From positions 24,614,001 through 24,678,000 of the forward strand of contig CM060731.1 in the NCBI GenBank assembly GCA_030704615.1: 64,000 bases of DNA, read 5' to 3'. Made by a program: the position numbers and the translations under genes. The notes under the pieces are model-generated. The model saw only the letters and a program-made list of their open reading frames with translations, was not told the DNA's origin and did no database searches. This document shows positions 61,581-64,000 of this stretch, piece after piece. The number at the start of each line of letters is the position of its first letter. Position 1 is the first letter of the stretch. This stretch comes from Takakia lepidozioides. Lineage: Eukaryota; Plantae; Bryophyta.

Positions 61581-63182
61581 TTAAGGTATCGTCAACGACA
61601 TCTTAAATTGCATGCTCAGCATGAGAAATGAACCCATGAAAATCGTTGCAAGAAAAAAAATCTTGTTAGGAAAAAACCATAGGGAGGAGTTGTAATCTTG
61701 CTCAGGGAAGCACGAATTAAGATGTCGTCAACGACATCTTAATCCCCTGCCCTGTTTGGACATGGGAATTTCACCAAACGGGATAAAACACTATATATAT
61801 ATATATATATATATAAGCCAAAAAATGGAGAAAGGTTTGGGTTTACTTGAACAAAGTGGATCCATGAAAAGTGACTGGTCTCATTTGCAAGAGGGTAGCT
61901 ACCGTGTGAGCATGCTCACGCTTTAAGTGGTAAACGTGAGTAGAATCCCTTAAGCGTGAGCAGATTGCAAACGTGAGCAGATTAGTGAATGAGAGCCTAC
62001 AACCGAGGGAAGAAGATGACCTATTGTCATGGACAAAAACTACACTGTACGGACACAATCTCCACCCCATCCGACGGAAGAATCCTTCATGGGTGACGAC
62101 CATATGGTACGAATGTGCGATGAAAAGCTGCAGGTTGAATGGTTTTGAGATGAATGAAAAAATGAATGGATGAATGTTGGATGACTTTTGGATGAAAAAT
62201 GAGCGACATGAATGAACCATGGTGTGTGTGCAGGTGCTCGGGATTAAGGTGTCGTCAACGACATCTTCATTCCCAGTACGAGTTGGCACATGACAGCTTA
62301 CGGAAAAACCAAAATCCCTGAATTTTTTTTACCAAAAATATTAACCAAAAAAATTTCAACCCAAAAAACTTTCAAGGCGAAGAAGCCTCGGCGGTGTGTG
62401 TGCAAGTGGTGGGGATTAAGGTGTCGTCAACGACATCTTAATTCCCAGCAAGTTTTCCAAAAAATAAAAATAAAAAAATCCGTTTTTTTGTTTTTTTGGT
62501 CTTTTTCCTTTCCCCGAATGTGCCAGATTAAGGTGTCGTCAACGCCATCTTAATTCCCAGCAAGTTTTCCAAAAAAAAAAACAAAAAAAAAACCTCTTTT
62601 ATTTTATTTTCCCCCTGAATGTGCCAGATTAAGGTGTCGTCAACGACATCTTAATTCCCAGTACGAGTTGGCATATGACAATTCATGGAAAAATCAAAAA
62701 CCCCAAAAAAATTCACCCGAAAAAATCTGATGGCGAACAAGCCTTGGCGGCAAGGCAGTGTGTGTATAAGTGCTGAGGATTAAGATGTCGTCAACGACAT
62801 CTTAATTCCCAGTACGTGTTTTGAGATGTTTATTTATAAATCACGAGCTCACCTCTCTGCCTTCTTTAGATTTGGGTGTGAGCATTTCTCTCAACCTTTG
62901 ATACCGTTTGATTCAAGGTGGCCTCAACTCTGCACCTTTGTCCCTACTTTCAATTTCAATGTAGTCTTGTGTTGTTCTGTGTTGTGTCATTCTCTTGTTT
63001 GATTGCTATTTGAGAGATGGAATTAAGGTGTCGTTGACGATACCTTAAATCCATGCCCTCTTGGGATGAGTTGGCCATGAATGAGGATCTTACATGGTCA
63101 ATTTTTTTAAAAAGTTGCCAACATCAGTTATGGAGTCCTGCCTCTTAGTGCCTGGATTAGGATGTCGTTGACGACATCTTAA
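61581..63182. repeat. Array of nine 26-bp hairpin motifs TTAAGRTGTCGT-CA-ACGACATCTTAA
   Basis: Forward copies at 61581, 61717, 62244, 62416, 62528, 62629 and 62780; reversed copies at 63023 and 63157. Confidence 0.92.
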
Positions 63183-64000
63183 TCCTGAGAGTGAATTGCA
63201 ACCATTTTGGGTCTTTTGGGATGGAGTGGGACGAGCAGCTCTACTCTCAAGTCATCGCACCTCTGTCTGGGGGTTTATCGCATTCGACCCAGACCGAGAA
63301 CATTGTTCTGGAGCAGGATCTGCAAAAGCCCAATGCTCTGGATGTTGATTCCGATTTCTCATGTGAGTAAGTGCTAGCTCAGTTGTGGTACTTCACTGAC
63401 ACGACGACACATCCTTCTATTTCCATCTTTCATGCACAAGTTGGGCCAGCAGAATGTATGTGGACTTACATTGTTTGTGTGTGTGTACAGGAGCCCAAGG
63501 TCACCACGGTTCCTCCCTTTCTTTGCAAACCCGCAATTTTTCCCAAGTCTGAAAGTAGATTTTAAATTGTCATGTTATGCGGAGGCTGCAGTTTCGGAAT
63601 TTAGTCTCATCTCTTCTCCCCCTACTGTGCTTTTAAACATAGAGGGTTTTGTGCAAAGCAGGGCTAGTGTCTTCATAGACAATTCTGCCTTCATTTCGGA
63701 CGCCGACTCCAGTAGCATAGAATATTCTTCGTCGGAATGAATCTGCAGTTTTTAAACTATTTAGTTTGAAGCACCAAATGGCCTCTCCACCTTCTTTGCA
63801 ATTGTGTGTCAGCAACTATGTCGACTTCTGATACCTGATGAAAGGACAATCACAACCCTCACCAGTGGGCAGAGGTTCACTCTAGAGCTAGGTGGATTTA
63901 GCAACCACTACTCAAAAATGCATCTTAGTTTTGCATTCATCCACAAACTACATTCATCCATGTGCCATTCGTCGAACATACATTCATCCCACATTCATCC

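Noticed and set aside
61581-63182. CRISPR array interpretation of the 26-bp palindromic repeats
   Set aside because: Spacers are long, irregular and partly duplicated; orientation flips; there are no cas genes; and the context is eukaryotic.

Overview
Eukaryotic nuclear DNA from a non-seed land plant. It looks bryophyte-like; this is inferred from the gene set and transposon types, and the species cannot be fixed from the sequence. Four intron-containing host genes are readable: a partial BNR/Asp-box sialidase-like gene (-), a TBC Rab-GAP (-), a 5-exon SdpI/DUF1648-like membrane protein (-) and an SF2/ASF-type SR splicing factor (+). They sit in a dense transposon landscape with five main parts. 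(i) An RTE/RTEX-like LINE family forms a head-to-tail array at about 0.26-9.0 kb and has further copies; its ends repeatedly abut (GA)n. (ii) A 146-bp TG..CA solo-LTR-like insertion with a 5-bp TSD consists almost entirely of a tRNA-like Pol III cassette. (iii) A cluster at 20.4-40.7 kb holds three members of a TIR family with TAGGG..CCCTA ends, arrays of a 16-bp palindrome and a 6-bp TSD. The largest (13.2 kb) carries an intron-containing IS3EU-like DDE transposase plus fragments of host genes (AKR/M6PR, F-box/kelch, RPT4). A smaller member contains a nested CACTA element. (iv) A decapitated PhzF-like pseudogene is followed by a NOT3 exon fragment. (v) A rearranged hAT relic is followed by nine copies of a 26-bp hairpin motif near the right end. 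All family assignments come from motif recognition by eye; no database searches were run.
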